A stretch of DNA of 64,000 bases from Nitrosopumilus sp. (GTDB lineage: Archaea; Thermoproteota; Nitrososphaeria; Nitrososphaerales; Nitrosopumilaceae), in assembly GCA_965203315.1 (NCBI GenBank), contig CBDBCE010000004.1, positions 192,001 through 256,000 of the forward strand. The letters are read 5' to 3'. Of this stretch, positions 34,280 to 44,739 are shown one piece after another. The position numbers and the translations under genes were made by a program. The notes under the pieces are model-generated. The model was not told the origin of the DNA. It ran no database searches and was given only the letters and a program-made list of their open reading frames with translations. Every line of letters begins with the position of its first letter. Position 1 is the stretch's first letter.

Positions 34280-34360
34280 ATGCCATATGAAGAAGTATAC
34301 ATTCAGAGGTTACGTGAAGACGATCCCGAAGAGTATGACCAACTCTTATCTGAGAGCTAG
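34280..34360 (+). CDS. Putative 26-aa acidic microprotein
   Basis: MPYEEVYIQRLREDDPEEYDQLLSES*; TTTTAAGTA TATA-like box ~25 bp upstream. Confidence 0.4.
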   Translation: MPYEEVYIQRLREDDPEEYDQLLSES

Positions 34361-34674
34361 TCATTACGTCTGCCAGGACCTACCACGTCCTCTGGTTTGA
34401 TTCGATTATCCCAATCTCCTCTGGCACCTTTTACTAGTGATATCACTCCTGCGCCTATGAGACCAATCACCAGTGCAAAGAAGACAGTCTGATCTAAAAC
34501 TTTGTATGAACATTCGATCTCAAGTGGAGGGCTAGTATCTGAATATTCAAAACATGTTCCAAACTCATCTGCCTCTAGAGTTGCTGCTTGATACTGACCA
34601 CCAAAGACTCCCAGTACACCAAACCCTGCAAAGATCATACCAACACCAATCAATACAAATCGCATATCACTCAT
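34357..34674 (-). CDS. Small two-TM membrane protein
   Basis: Two hydrophobic segments flanking a two-Cys loop. Confidence 0.75.
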   Translation of the reverse strand: MSDMRFVLIGVGMIFAGFGVLGVFGGQYQAATLEADEFGTCFEYSDTSPPLEIECSYKVLDQTVFFALVIGLIGAGVISLVKGARGDWDNRIKPEDVVGPGRRND

Positions 34675-34841
34675 GTTGAGTATTGTGTTGATATTCTATT
34701 TACGTTTTAGTCGCACAGCATTGTATTGGCACTATTGTCCATAAAGCATCTTTATCTCAATCTAGTATGTGAAATAGAATTACTGTACTCATACCAACTT
34801 GCACATGTAAATATACATGTAACTAGAGTTGTTGATCTGTC

Positions 34842-36149
34842 ATGGATGCGCGATTCTATCCGTCTAAATTATGTGGTAGTGTACATGTGCCAGGTTCCAA
34901 GTCATATACACATAGAGTTGTGATGGCTGCATCTCTATATGGTGGCAATATCAAGATCAAGAATCCATCCAACTCTGATGCAAACAAGGCAATGATAAAA
35001 CTCTGTCAACAGTTTGGCGCCAAGATAAGATGGGACAACTCTGATCTCTACGTAGATGGAGTTGCAGGGCGACCTACCGGTGGTGGCACAATAAATGTTG
35101 GCAACTCTGGCACTGCATTTAGAATATCTATCTCTCTAGCTATCCTTGCTGACGCAGACTCTATCATAACAGGTGATCCCTCACTTCAGAGTAGACCTGC
35201 AGGGCCACTCTTGAATGCACTTGTAATGCTGGGCGCAGATATCCGTGGAACAGATCGTAATGGTATCACATGTGCGCCAATCTACATCAAATCCGACGGC
35301 AATCTAGATGGTGGTGAGACACATATCTCTTGTGCCGAGAGCTCACAGTATCTGACATCGTTACTACTTGTCGCAAACTTTGCAAACAGAGATGTCACAA
35401 TTCATGTTACTGATAGACTGGTATCAAAACCATACATTCGTATGACTCTGGAGGTGTTACGTAACTTTGGAATCAAGTTCAATGTACTAGATGACATGCT
35501 GTATACAATACCTGCTAGGCAGTCGTATACTTGTCCATCTACATATGTTGTACCTGGCGACTATTCTCAATCTGCATTCTTTTTAGCAGCTGCATGTCTA
35601 GTAGAGTCTGATCTTCGTATCAAAGGACTAGATGCTCAAGATCAACAGGGGGATAAACGTATAGTTGATATCCTAAGAGAGATGGGAGCTGTAATAGATC
35701 AAGACGGTTCTGATCTGGTGATACGAGGTCCATTTGATCTAGATGGAGTACAAATAGACCTGGTGGACACACCAGATCTCTTTCCCGTATTGGCGGTTCT
35801 TGGTGTATATGCTCGTGGTACCACTAGGCTATACAACATGCCACAGATCCGTAGCAAAGAGACTGATCGAATCTCGGTAATGATGCGTGAGTTGAGCAAC
35901 TGTGGTGTAATAGTAGAATCTAAATCTGACGAGATGACCATTCACCATACTGACATGAATGTGAGAGATCACGTGTTTGATGCCAAGGGCGCAAAGGGCG
36001 TAACTGATCACCGAATAGCAATGGCACTATCTCTGATAGGTATACGAGATGGTCCAGTTCTAATATCTGATGCAGACAAGATTGCGATATCATACCCTGA
36101 CTATATTCGTGATATGCGACAGATTGGTGCTCGCATAGATACTATTTGA
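34842..36149 (+). CDS. aroA: 3-phosphoshikimate 1-carboxyvinyltransferase
   Basis: PGSKSYTHR, GNSGTAFR, SSQYLTSLL, PGDYS, PDLFP, RSKETDR, DHRIAM. Confidence 0.95.
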   Translation: MDARFYPSKLCGSVHVPGSKSYTHRVVMAASLYGGNIKIKNPSNSDANKAMIKLCQQFGAKIRWDNSDLYVDGVAGRPTGGGTINVGNSGTAFRISISLAILADADSIITGDPSLQSRPAGPLLNALVMLGADIRGTDRNGITCAPIYIKSDGNLDGGETHISCAESSQYLTSLLLVANFANRDVTIHVTDRLVSKPYIRMTLEVLRNFGIKFNVLDDMLYTIPARQSYTCPSTYVVPGDYSQSAFFLAAACLVESDLRIKGLDAQDQQGDKRIVDILREMGAVIDQDGSDLVIRGPFDLDGVQIDLVDTPDLFPVLAVLGVYARGTTRLYNMPQIRSKETDRISVMMRELSNCGVIVESKSDEMTIHHTDMNVRDHVFDAKGAKGVTDHRIAMALSLIGIRDGPVLISDADKIAISYPDYIRDMRQIGARIDTI

Positions 36150-36591
36150 TGTATCTCTCCAACTCGGACTTTAATTTAGCAAGCGAGTCTTGATAAAACA
36201 TCTTCATGTCTTTTACCGTCTTGTCAAACTTTGATCTAGTCGTGTCTTCACTCTTTAGGAATGATTGCCAATTGACTCTCGTGTGATCTGATTCGTCTAT
36301 AACGTTGATGCTAGCCATATATGCGCAGAGCGGTAATCCTCTAGTTGCAATATAGGTAAAACTGAACCTAGACCACTGTATCATGTATTCTTCGACATCG
36401 TCAGCATTCTCAAATACTATTACTCTACCTGCTCCTACACCAAATCTCTTTGTTGTTGTATATTTGACGTCTGTCACACCTACTGCCCAATCCTTCATCG
36501 ATCTGATATCTCTCAGTCTCTGCCAGACTATGTTTGACTCTGCATTGATAGTTATATCATGTGATATTCTATCTGTATGTGATCCCATCAT
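36142..36591 (-). CDS. SRPBCC/polyketide cyclase-family protein
   Basis: ITINA...VW..L.D...W, GVGAGR, TRVNW, C-terminal helix LAKLKSELE. Confidence 0.8.
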   Translation of the reverse strand: MMGSHTDRISHDITINAESNIVWQRLRDIRSMKDWAVGVTDVKYTTTKRFGVGAGRVIVFENADDVEEYMIQWSRFSFTYIATRGLPLCAYMASINVIDESDHTRVNWQSFLKSEDTTRSKFDKTVKDMKMFYQDSLAKLKSELERYIK

Positions 36592-36759
36592 TTATCGTAT
36601 ATCTGATCTACAATATGATTCTAAGTTGATTGATGCACTCTGATTGCATGTTTGACACATGATCTAAATCTACACATTGTACGACACGTTGTGCAATACA
36701 TTGTACAGCAAGATTGTTTAAACGGATCTTTTCGGTTTGTGTGGAATAGAACGGGTACA

Positions 36760-36900
36760 AGACTGTATGCGTATTTCTTACACCATACGCACATTTTAAG
36801 GTACAATAAAACACAGGTGTAATTTCCAGAGGCAAATTGATTTATTGCTGTCATGTTTGATGATTGAACGTGGGCACTCTTAATAATACACATACAGTCT
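36760..36900 (+). repeat. 141-bp MITE (AGACTGTATGCGTATT family)
   Basis: TIR AGACTGTATGCGTATT...AATACACATACAGTCT; flanks ACA / TTT. Confidence 0.88.
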
Positions 36901-37059
36901 TTTGTTTCAGATCTACAAAATGCTTTCAGGTCAGCACTGGTACCATGACTACGATTTCAGAATGTTTTTATGTCGTTATACAGATGAAATAACACGGCAA
37001 TAGATACTGCAACTCTAGAGATCAGTGAACTCGAAAAGTACATACTTTTACTCGTATAT

Positions 37060-37608
37060 GTGGATAACGAGCCCATATACGGTAGGCAAAAGCTCCAAGT
37101 CTTGATGTACATGCTAGGTGCTCCATATCCAGAGATCAGAGAGTGGTGTGATTTTACAATAAAGGATGATGGTCCATACAGTGCAGTTTTAGACGATACT
37201 TTGGAGCGTCTTGTAGACATGGATATACTAGTCGAAAAAAACAACACTATTCAATTAACCAAGCATAGCATAGAGTATGCCAGAATGATTGGAGAAGAGA
37301 AGGGCGGTTTCCCAGAAATTCCAGACCTACTTGACCGAAAGATGTCATGGGTATTTCACAACTATAAAGATATTCTAAATGACGTAACTATTCCAGAGAT
37401 GTTATCCTTCATGTATTGTGAGTATCCAGATATGACCAAAAACTCTACAACATACGAGAAACTCAAGCCAGATATTGAAGAACATATATTTTCAATCATT
37501 GCAAAAGAAAAGATTAGTGGTGGACGAGGAGGAGAGTTGTTGGGCGAAACTGCATACGATATGCAACATAAGTTGCTTGACAGAGGATTGCTGAAACTAG
37601 AGTTATGA
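37060..37608 (+). CDS. Putative antitoxin (wHTH-like N-terminus, UPF0175-like C-terminus)
   Basis: GRQKLQVLMY...GPYS; ISGGRGGELLG; ATGA overlap with the PIN gene; true start may lie up to ~60 nt upstream. Confidence 0.65.
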   Translation: MDNEPIYGRQKLQVLMYMLGAPYPEIREWCDFTIKDDGPYSAVLDDTLERLVDMDILVEKNNTIQLTKHSIEYARMIGEEKGGFPEIPDLLDRKMSWVFHNYKDILNDVTIPEMLSFMYCEYPDMTKNSTTYEKLKPDIEEHIFSIIAKEKISGGRGGELLGETAYDMQHKLLDRGLLKLEL

Positions 37609-38402
37609 AGATATTAGACGCGTCTGTGTTGATTGGAATATTTGATCTTATCCATAGACCGGATGTCTTTGATGATATTTTAAAGTTGGGACATGAACTA
37701 GTAGACCCTATTCATAATTCGGTTCTTTCTTGACACTTAGCACGATCATCCCAAGCATAAACCAAAACACACCCTCATCATTATGCATATCTCTTGTTTA
37801 GTTGAATATTGATTAAAGTTATCGACGAAATGTTTGATATCCTAGAGGTAAATTTACAATATGTTGTGAATTTATAGATCTGCATACATATTAAAACTTG
37901 ACATAAATGGAATAGTCCAAATCACACACGTGGCACAAAAATATTCAAACTCCAATATTGGCCAAAATTGAATTATGAATACGGTCTAGTGGTACCAAAA
38001 TATGTTCAAAAAGAGTTAGAGGCTAAGCCATCAAATATAGATGTACAAGAATTAATCAAACAAGGCAAACTCACCAGTTCAGAAAAAAATTCATTGGTAG
38101 AGATTAATGTATTTAACCAAGATGCACAAAATTTAAAATTTGGTGAGATAGATGTAATCTTGACCTATCTGAAACTGGGCGGATACAAAAATAACGTCTA
38201 TTGTGTATTGGATGATGGTAATGCACGAAAAGTAGCCTCAAGATCAAAAATAAAACATAGAGGATTAATTGGATTGATCATAATGTTGGAAGATAAAGGA
38301 ATTAAAAGCTTTGACGAGGCTGATGAGATTCTAACCCTACTGTATAATTCAAAATTCCACATGCCTAAAGATTTTAAACATGTTCGCAGATATCCCAGAT
38401 AG
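37605..38402 (+). pseudogene. PIN-domain (DUF3368/VapC-like) toxin, ~169 aa, interrupted by a MITE
   Basis: MKILDASVLI...GHELV|VPKYVQKEL...GEIDVI...LDDGNARKVA; in frame after removing 37703-37987 plus 3 bp. Confidence 0.8.
37703..37987. repeat. 285-bp MITE
   Basis: TIR AGACCCTATTCATAATTC / rc AGACCGTATTCATAATTC; 3-bp TSD AGT. Confidence 0.85.
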
Positions 38403-38634
38403 CACTTTTTGAACAAAACACTATTCTCTTGACTAGTTATTCTTAATATAAACAACTAGCTATACATGAACCAAATAACTTGTAGCAGTTACGACAGATG
38501 CCATGAACGAATGTCATTAATGTTCCACTCAATGCCTCGATTGCAGCTGACGATAACACAAGCACTCTAAATAATACGTCACAAGGATCAGAACCAGACA
38601 AAGCAGAACCCTAGTTGGATTAATTCAAGACTTT

Positions 38635-38775
38635 AGACTGTATGCGTATTTCTTACACCATACACACATTTTAAGGTACAATAAAACGTAGGTGTAATTT
38701 CCGGAGGCAAATTGATTCATTGCTGTCATGTTTGATGATTGAACGTGGACACTCTTAATAATACGCATACCGTCT
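38635..38775 (+). repeat. 141-bp MITE (AGACTGTATGCGTATT family)
   Basis: Direct repeat of 36760-36900; flanks TTT / ACA. Confidence 0.88.
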
Positions 38776-39012
38776 ACAGAAAAAGCACTACAAGATTCTA
38801 CAAGGAAAATTGTGGAAAAAGCCTTAAGAAATTCCATCCCACGTAAATCGAAAAGATCCGTTTAAACAATACAAAAGATATCCAATCATGTTTGTATCTT
38901 GGATGTATAGCATATGCTGCATCGAGATTACCGATCTGTAGAGTTCGTATCTGTGTCGTTTTATCTCTATTTGAGGTATCATTTTTAATCCCCTTTATGA
39001 TCATTTATCGCA

Positions 39013-40275
39013 ATGGTATTTGGTTGGGGTAAGAAACATCAAGCTGAAGCTCCGACACAGAAAGAGATCTCTATACATGATATCAGAGATATGGTATCTG
39101 ATCTCAAGTCTCGCCGTGCCTCACAGACTATTGCCGATGCGCAACGTATTGGAGATATGACGAGACCGCTGCTTAAACAACTGATCGATATAGCTGCACA
39201 TCTAGATCGAGATAGTCTCAACGTAGACGACGTCGACAAGAATGTGGGAGTTCTTATCAAACGTGGTAAAAAGCAAGTCATCTATGTAATACGTAAAGAG
39301 GTGTCGGTTATGGATGATATCATCACCATTGATGACGCATTTGATGTAGCTCGAACTCTGGGATCAATTCTCAAAAAGTTGGGTGATGTCCTAGGTAGGC
39401 AGACTCGTGTAATTCATCTCTTTGCTAAAAAGTATGCAAATCAACTAAAACACAATCTCGAAGATCTCAAATTACATCATGCAGAACTAGAAAGTATCTT
39501 GAACAATTATACCGCGACTAGAGATGGCGCAGAACGTATCTTTGATCTACTCGACAAGATCAAGGATAAAGAGACTCTTATCACAAAGACTAGTGATAGA
39601 ATATCTGCGATTCATTTAGAGATAAAACAACTTGTTGCTAAAATTAATGATCTAGAGGCAGATATTCAAAGAGAGAGAGAGTCTGTCAAGTATGCTGAAT
39701 ATCTATCTCTATCTAAATCCCGTGACTCGCTTGACTCTCAAAAGTCAGATCTTCGCAATACGATAAACTCACAATTTACAAAAATATCCCGTCCTCTTGG
39801 AAGATATGAGTATGGCTCATCACTAGAAAAGTCGCAGCGTCCAATACTAGAACAATTAATTCATGATCCGTTTGTTGTTATGACACAAAATAATAGAAGC
39901 GATATCACTACAATTTTAGAGAATGTTAAAAAGGGGATCGAGTCTGGTTCTATATCTGTCAAAGATATCACAAAGTCTCTGTCGCATATGGGCGAGACTT
40001 TTTCACTACTCGATGAATTCATCTCACAAGTTGATGAACTTGAAAATAGATACGATAAAGTAGATCAAAGCATAAGATCATGTAATCTTGATACACTACG
40101 CAGACTAGAGTCTGATCTAGCACAGTCCAAGTCATCTATAACTTCTCTAAACCATACATTGACATCATATAATGAAGAGTTGGAGATCAATCGCCCTCTA
40201 CGTAAGGATCTCATATCTGATCTAGAATCTTCTCTTCGACATTTTTCAAATACACAGTATGTAGTGGAGACATGA
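39013..40275 (+). CDS. Long coiled-coil hypothetical protein
   Basis: 420 aa with heptad-like composition, MVFGWGKK start; no catalytic motif seen. Confidence 0.8.
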   Translation: MVFGWGKKHQAEAPTQKEISIHDIRDMVSDLKSRRASQTIADAQRIGDMTRPLLKQLIDIAAHLDRDSLNVDDVDKNVGVLIKRGKKQVIYVIRKEVSVMDDIITIDDAFDVARTLGSILKKLGDVLGRQTRVIHLFAKKYANQLKHNLEDLKLHHAELESILNNYTATRDGAERIFDLLDKIKDKETLITKTSDRISAIHLEIKQLVAKINDLEADIQRERESVKYAEYLSLSKSRDSLDSQKSDLRNTINSQFTKISRPLGRYEYGSSLEKSQRPILEQLIHDPFVVMTQNNRSDITTILENVKKGIESGSISVKDITKSLSHMGETFSLLDEFISQVDELENRYDKVDQSIRSCNLDTLRRLESDLAQSKSSITSLNHTLTSYNEELEINRPLRKDLISDLESSLRHFSNTQYVVET

Positions 40276-40276
40276 C

Positions 40277-40678
40277 GTGATATTCAAGGTTAAAAAGTTA
40301 GAGCGTAGGGTCTTTTTAAAACGCGACGTACTAGACAGTATACTCTCTTTCTGTCAGATGAAGCATCCCAATGAAGGAATACTGATCCTAAAGGGTAAAT
40401 CTAAACAAGGACAGATCCATGTAGATGGATTGGTCATTCCACCGTTCAGTTATACCGGTCCCACGTTTGCTGGATTTCCGCACTCTTTTCTTCCGTTTGA
40501 TCTAAGCTATGTTGGTCTAGTTCACTCTCATCCTAGTGGTTCAGCTAGACCATCTGTTACTGATCTTCACAACTTTTTTGGTCTAGTGTCTATCATAGTG
40601 CAGGCACCATACAAGAACGACTGTATATTTGCATGGGATAGTAGTGGCAATACCGTTCCACTAGATATCGTAGACTAG
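40277..40678 (+). CDS. JAMM/MPN+ (Mov34) metalloprotease-family protein
   Basis: HPNE, VHSHPSGSARPSVTD. Confidence 0.88.
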   Translation: MIFKVKKLERRVFLKRDVLDSILSFCQMKHPNEGILILKGKSKQGQIHVDGLVIPPFSYTGPTFAGFPHSFLPFDLSYVGLVHSHPSGSARPSVTDLHNFFGLVSIIVQAPYKNDCIFAWDSSGNTVPLDIVD

Positions 40679-40759
40679 ATACAATTCCACCGTTGATGAG
40701 TGATATCCGTATTGGGTGGACGTTGATAAGTTCCACTAGATATCGTAGACTGGATACAA
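40655..40759 (+). repeat. 30-bp direct repeat duplicating the 3' end of the JAMM gene
   Basis: GTTCCACTAGATATCGTAGACT(A/G)GATACAA at 40655-40684 and 40730-40759. Confidence 0.85.
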
Positions 40760-40808
40760 ACCCATCTCTTATTATATACAAATCTTGATTCTCTTAATTT
40801 GACTAGAG

Positions 40809-41117
40809 TTGTTCATGTATATCTTTGAACGTAACCGGTTACACAGAACTCAATACAAAGATTATATGATACAAAAACCAACAAATGGTATGAAAACGCT
40901 TCGTGTAATCATGTACAAGACTCCTGAGGGATATGTTGCCCAATGTCCAAACAATCGTGGAATTATTGTAGGTGGCGAAACCAAGGCAGAGGTCAAATCT
41001 GAATTAAAACAGTTTATCCATGGCTATGCACAAGCATTCCCAGACGAAAAACATAAATTTTTTAAAAATGACAAGATGGTGAAGTTGAGTTTTGAAGATA
41101 AACTGGCACCACTTTAA
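40809..41117 (+). CDS. HicB-like antitoxin
   Basis: GYVAQCP..RGIIVGGETKAEVKSEL; real start probably at a downstream ATG (MKTLRV). Confidence 0.7.
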   Translation: MFMYIFERNRLHRTQYKDYMIQKPTNGMKTLRVIMYKTPEGYVAQCPNNRGIIVGGETKAEVKSELKQFIHGYAQAFPDEKHKFFKNDKMVKLSFEDKLAPL

Positions 41118-41319
41118 ACAAGTACTCTTAACTCTTGGGTATGTCGAACGTCCAGATGGTTTGCCTGGCATAATATATTTTGAACATTTGACAATGGGTA
41201 GGATCGGAATTCAAAAAAGGAACTCATACCAACCGTTTCAAATACAAAGATATCTTTACGCAATGAGACTACCAGAGGCGTTTTTTGAACCAATCTACAA
41301 GAAATGCACAGATCATTGA
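41092..41319 (+). CDS. HicA-like small protein
   Basis: INWHHFKQVLLTLGY helix-beta pattern; overlaps the HicB-like gene; canonical GSH not evident. Confidence 0.5.
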   Translation: MKINWHHFKQVLLTLGYVERPDGLPGIIYFEHLTMGRIGIQKRNSYQPFQIQRYLYAMRLPEAFFEPIYKKCTDH

Positions 41320-41540
41320 TTGTCAGTTAACGCAAATATGTCTCCTTTCCTAGTGGATCTCTTCGGTTACATGGGATCGAATGGTTACCTTTGAACTCTT
41401 CAAGATGCCAAGATTCCTTTATGCTGGTGGCTCTATCATTTGATTCCGAAATGTACATTCTATGGACTCGTCAACCCGAGAATCCACCCCTTGTTATCCC
41501 ACAACATGACGTTAAACAACAAAACTTTATAATATAATTT

Positions 41541-41870
41541 GTGCTACGATTATTGTTGTTTACCAAGTCTTACATGATAATTCTATTTGCAACTCTGGCA
41601 ATCAGTCTTGCTATTCAAATGATCTTGCCCTTTCCATACGGTTTGATCATCGCAATATCGCTCTTTGTCCTGTTTCCACTATTCTTGAGACGCCGTTACA
41701 TGAGTAGGATGAGAAGCGGATATGGTGGTAGTGATTCTGGTGGGTTCTTTGGGATGGGAAACCCTAGCGGTTCACGTAGCGTACGATATGTCTGCCTTGT
41801 ATGTAACAACAAGCACAAGGGTGGAACATGTCCACGTTGTGGCTCCAAGATGCAAAGAGCTGACTTTTAG
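41541..41870 (+). CDS. Small membrane protein with C-terminal Zn ribbon
   Basis: Two TM helices; CLVC...CPRC. Confidence 0.75.
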   Translation: MLRLLLFTKSYMIILFATLAISLAIQMILPFPYGLIIAISLFVLFPLFLRRRYMSRMRSGYGGSDSGGFFGMGNPSGSRSVRYVCLVCNNKHKGGTCPRCGSKMQRADF

Positions 41871-41872
41871 AC

Positions 41873-42190
41873 ATGCAACTAGACTCTCTCAAAGCCAAGG
41901 TGATATTTCACAATTCAATAGATGTGTGGATAGCTGCATGCCAAGAGAGAGGACTGGTGTGGAACGACACATCAGAGTATCGTAGATTTATCTCATATCT
42001 GTTAGACAACAAGATAAATCTAAAATCATTCAATCTCTGTTCGCACGAAGCAGGTGCTACAGAAGAAGAGAAGACAAAGTTTGCAGAACTCTTGGCAGAG
42101 ATCAAAGACGAACCAAACTCGCAGACCTATACAGTAAAACTCATAGATGACACCATCGATACGATTCGTAAATTTTGGTCATCTAGCTAG
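41873..42190 (+). CDS. Hypothetical protein
   Basis: 105-aa ORF starting 2 nt after the previous stop. Confidence 0.7.
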   Translation: MQLDSLKAKVIFHNSIDVWIAACQERGLVWNDTSEYRRFISYLLDNKINLKSFNLCSHEAGATEEEKTKFAELLAEIKDEPNSQTYTVKLIDDTIDTIRKFWSSS

Positions 42191-43543
42191 TTTTGGATTG
42201 ACTATCTTGTCTAGAGCGTTTCCTATAAACACAAAACCCAATCCAGCTATTGCAATCATGATACCTGGCGGAACTATCCACCACCAAAGTCCTCTCGAAG
42301 CTGCACCAAACGAGTCTGCATCATGTAATATTTGACCCCATGTTGGAAATGACGGATCGCCTAAGCCAAGAAAACTCAGACCAGCTTCTGTCGTTATAGC
42401 TGCTGGAACAGAGATTGCGATACTCGCAAACGCATACGGCAAGAGCTGTGGTAGTATGTGTCTTAGTATGATCTTTCTATCTCTCTGACCCATTATCTTT
42501 GCTGCATCTACATACCCACTAGTCTTGATCTGCAATGACATGCTTCTAGATACTTTGGCGACACCTACCCATCCAAAGATCATCAAGAATCCGATCATGA
42601 CAAATATGCTGTTGCTGATAGTAACCGACAGTATTATCAGAAATGGTAGAGCTGGCAGCGCATAGATTACGTCGTTGAATCTCATCATGACCTCGTCGGT
42701 TTTTTTACCTCGATATCCTGCATATACTCCATATATCAGGCCCATCACAACCGACGCAATTGCAACCACCAATCCAATAAAGAGAGCTAGTGGTGTTCCC
42801 CACAACAATCCAACTGCTAGATCGCGTCGCAACTCGTCTGTACCCATTATGCCAAAAACTTTGCCTCCAATCAACAGTCTCGAGTCAGAGAGCGTAACCT
42901 CGTTTTGTGCATATATGTCAACAGTAAATACATACTGGCCTTTGAGTGGCATGTTTGTGTCTAGCTGCGAGAATATTATGTTCTCCGATGATAGCTGACT
43001 GATATCAAAGTCAAAGATATCAGAGTTTAGCTTGAGATTCTTCACTATGTGTTGATCTGTTGAGAATATGCGCGATTGATGTTTGGTATATTCTGATGAA
43101 TATGGAATTGACGTCGCAAGTATGGTCATCTGAGTATCGTCTGGACGATCAACTGTTATCTGAATCAGGGGCGTACCTACATAACTTGCTGTAAACTCGT
43201 AGATAAAGTCATTTGGAAATCCATCATATGTGTAATCTATTGTGTATCGCTGTGAGGTGAGATGTGTATCCTGATATGTATCTGCACCTATCTGATAGTC
43301 TTGTATGATCTGATGCTCTGGAATTCTAAACGTTGTGATATAATTTATCCAAATTGGTGGAGCTGCCTTTGGATATGATATCCAGTTCTCGGGATTGTTC
43401 CACTGTTGAAACGTCTCTAGTGGAATTACGATGACCGATACTATCGATACTAGGACTAGTCCGGCAAGAATCAGTACGCCTGCCATTCCCGTCTTGCTCT
43501 TGAGAAACTCACGCTTTATGTCACTAAATCCAACATTACTCAA
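42179..43543 (-). CDS. Peptide/nickel ABC transporter permease (DppC/OppC-like)
   Basis: MGTDELRRD, HILPQ, EAGLSFLGLGDP..PTWG, WWWIVPPG. Confidence 0.92.
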   Translation of the reverse strand: MSNVGFSDIKREFLKSKTGMAGVLILAGLVLVSIVSVIVIPLETFQQWNNPENWISYPKAAPPIWINYITTFRIPEHQIIQDYQIGADTYQDTHLTSQRYTIDYTYDGFPNDFIYEFTASYVGTPLIQITVDRPDDTQMTILATSIPYSSEYTKHQSRIFSTDQHIVKNLKLNSDIFDFDISQLSSENIIFSQLDTNMPLKGQYVFTVDIYAQNEVTLSDSRLLIGGKVFGIMGTDELRRDLAVGLLWGTPLALFIGLVVAIASVVMGLIYGVYAGYRGKKTDEVMMRFNDVIYALPALPFLIILSVTISNSIFVMIGFLMIFGWVGVAKVSRSMSLQIKTSGYVDAAKIMGQRDRKIILRHILPQLLPYAFASIAISVPAAITTEAGLSFLGLGDPSFPTWGQILHDADSFGAASRGLWWWIVPPGIMIAIAGLGFVFIGNALDKIVNPKLAR

Positions 43544-43550
43544 AAGATCA

Positions 43551-44603
43551 CTATCCTGTTCTTACTCTTGGATCAAAGTAGCCGTACAATATATCTGCGA
43601 TAAATACACTGATCAGAAAAAAGACCGTAAGAATGTACGTTGCCCCAATTATTACTGGCAAGTCTAGTACAGATATTGCTTCAAAGTAGAGTCTTCCCAT
43701 TCCTGGCCAATCAAATACTGCTTCTGTGATTATTGCGCCTCCTAGTGAACCTGATAGGCTTAGCGCTAGAATCGTTACTATTGGCGGCGCTGCATTCTTT
43801 AGTGCATGTGTGTAAATTATTCTGCGTTGTTTGATGCCGATCGTTCTCTTTGCAGCAATGTAATCTTCACTCATTATTCCTATCATAAAGTTTCTTACCA
43901 AGTATGCCCACGAACCGAATCCGATCATTACTATTGTGATCAGCGGCAGTGTCATGTGGTATAGTAACGACAGATAGTATTCTGGATCTGATGGTGGAAT
44001 ATCTGGTGTGGCTCTTGCCGGAAATATCTGGTACATAAATGCAAATACAAAGATCATCAACATTCCTATCCACCATACTGGAAAACTAGAACTGATTACG
44101 GCAAACGATGATACCACTCTATCTAGTGCTGAGCCTGCTTTACTACTTGCAAGTGCACCAAGAAATATTCCAATTATCGATATGATTATCGTTGCAGTTG
44201 TAAACAACAGTATGGTTCGTGGCATCTTTTCAAATATGATATCTTTTACATCCGTAGAGCCTGTATCACTTGTAAGAAACGTTGCATGTCCAAAATCTAA
44301 TATCAGTATCTTGTACATGGTGACACCTATACGTTGTGGTGCATACCAAGGTTCATCAAGACCTAGATCGCTTGAGCGTTGATCGATTATAGATTGAACG
44401 AATGTCTCAAACTCTTCAACCGTATTAAAGCTCTCTGCAATGGATGGATCTTGGGCCATCTCGGCACGAACCTGAAATACGATACTCTGTTTTAGAATTG
44501 TATCCATGTTGGAACCGATCAGTGATATTGTGATTAGGAGTGTCGCTATCAACACAACAAACATTGTTGCTGAGCGAGTTGCTACATATCGTTTTATGCC
44601 CAA
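43551..44603 (-). CDS. Peptide/nickel ABC transporter permease (DppB/OppB-like)
   Basis: GLDEP, DFG, HALKNA, GAIITEAVFDWPGMG, DILYGYFDPRVR. Confidence 0.92.
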   Translation of the reverse strand: MGIKRYVATRSATMFVVLIATLLITISLIGSNMDTILKQSIVFQVRAEMAQDPSIAESFNTVEEFETFVQSIIDQRSSDLGLDEPWYAPQRIGVTMYKILILDFGHATFLTSDTGSTDVKDIIFEKMPRTILLFTTATIIISIIGIFLGALASSKAGSALDRVVSSFAVISSSFPVWWIGMLMIFVFAFMYQIFPARATPDIPPSDPEYYLSLLYHMTLPLITIVMIGFGSWAYLVRNFMIGIMSEDYIAAKRTIGIKQRRIIYTHALKNAAPPIVTILALSLSGSLGGAIITEAVFDWPGMGRLYFEAISVLDLPVIIGATYILTVFFLISVFIADILYGYFDPRVRTG

Positions 44604-44739
44604 TCTAGATTTGTGTCATTGTGATAATATTAGACAGTTTCTATATTGTTGAATGATCGTGTTTTAGACTCTGTATGGTGCGTAAAGTGTTCATGAATAT
44701 GTCGACTAGGTTGATCTAGTAAACAGTCACTTGTATTGT

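Larger units (their letters stand above)
36724..38859. mobile_element. Composite: IS6-MITE split by a segment bounded by two direct 141-bp MITEs and carrying a TA pair
   Basis: Outer 8-bp TSD GTTTAAAC (36716-36723, 38860-38867); IS6-MITE halves 36724-36759 and 38776-38859. Confidence 0.8.

Noticed and set aside
36608-36893. Short ORFs over MITEs (also 26747-26971, 38625-38837, 46765-46986, 55919-56110)
   Set aside because: They translate non-coding repeat or tRNA sequence; their mutual similarity reflects the MITE, not a protein family
40655-40759. Mini-CRISPR interpretation of the 30-bp repeat with 45-bp spacer
   Set aside because: Only two copies, the first overlaps a coding 3' end, no typical GAAA(C/G) end and no cas genes in the window
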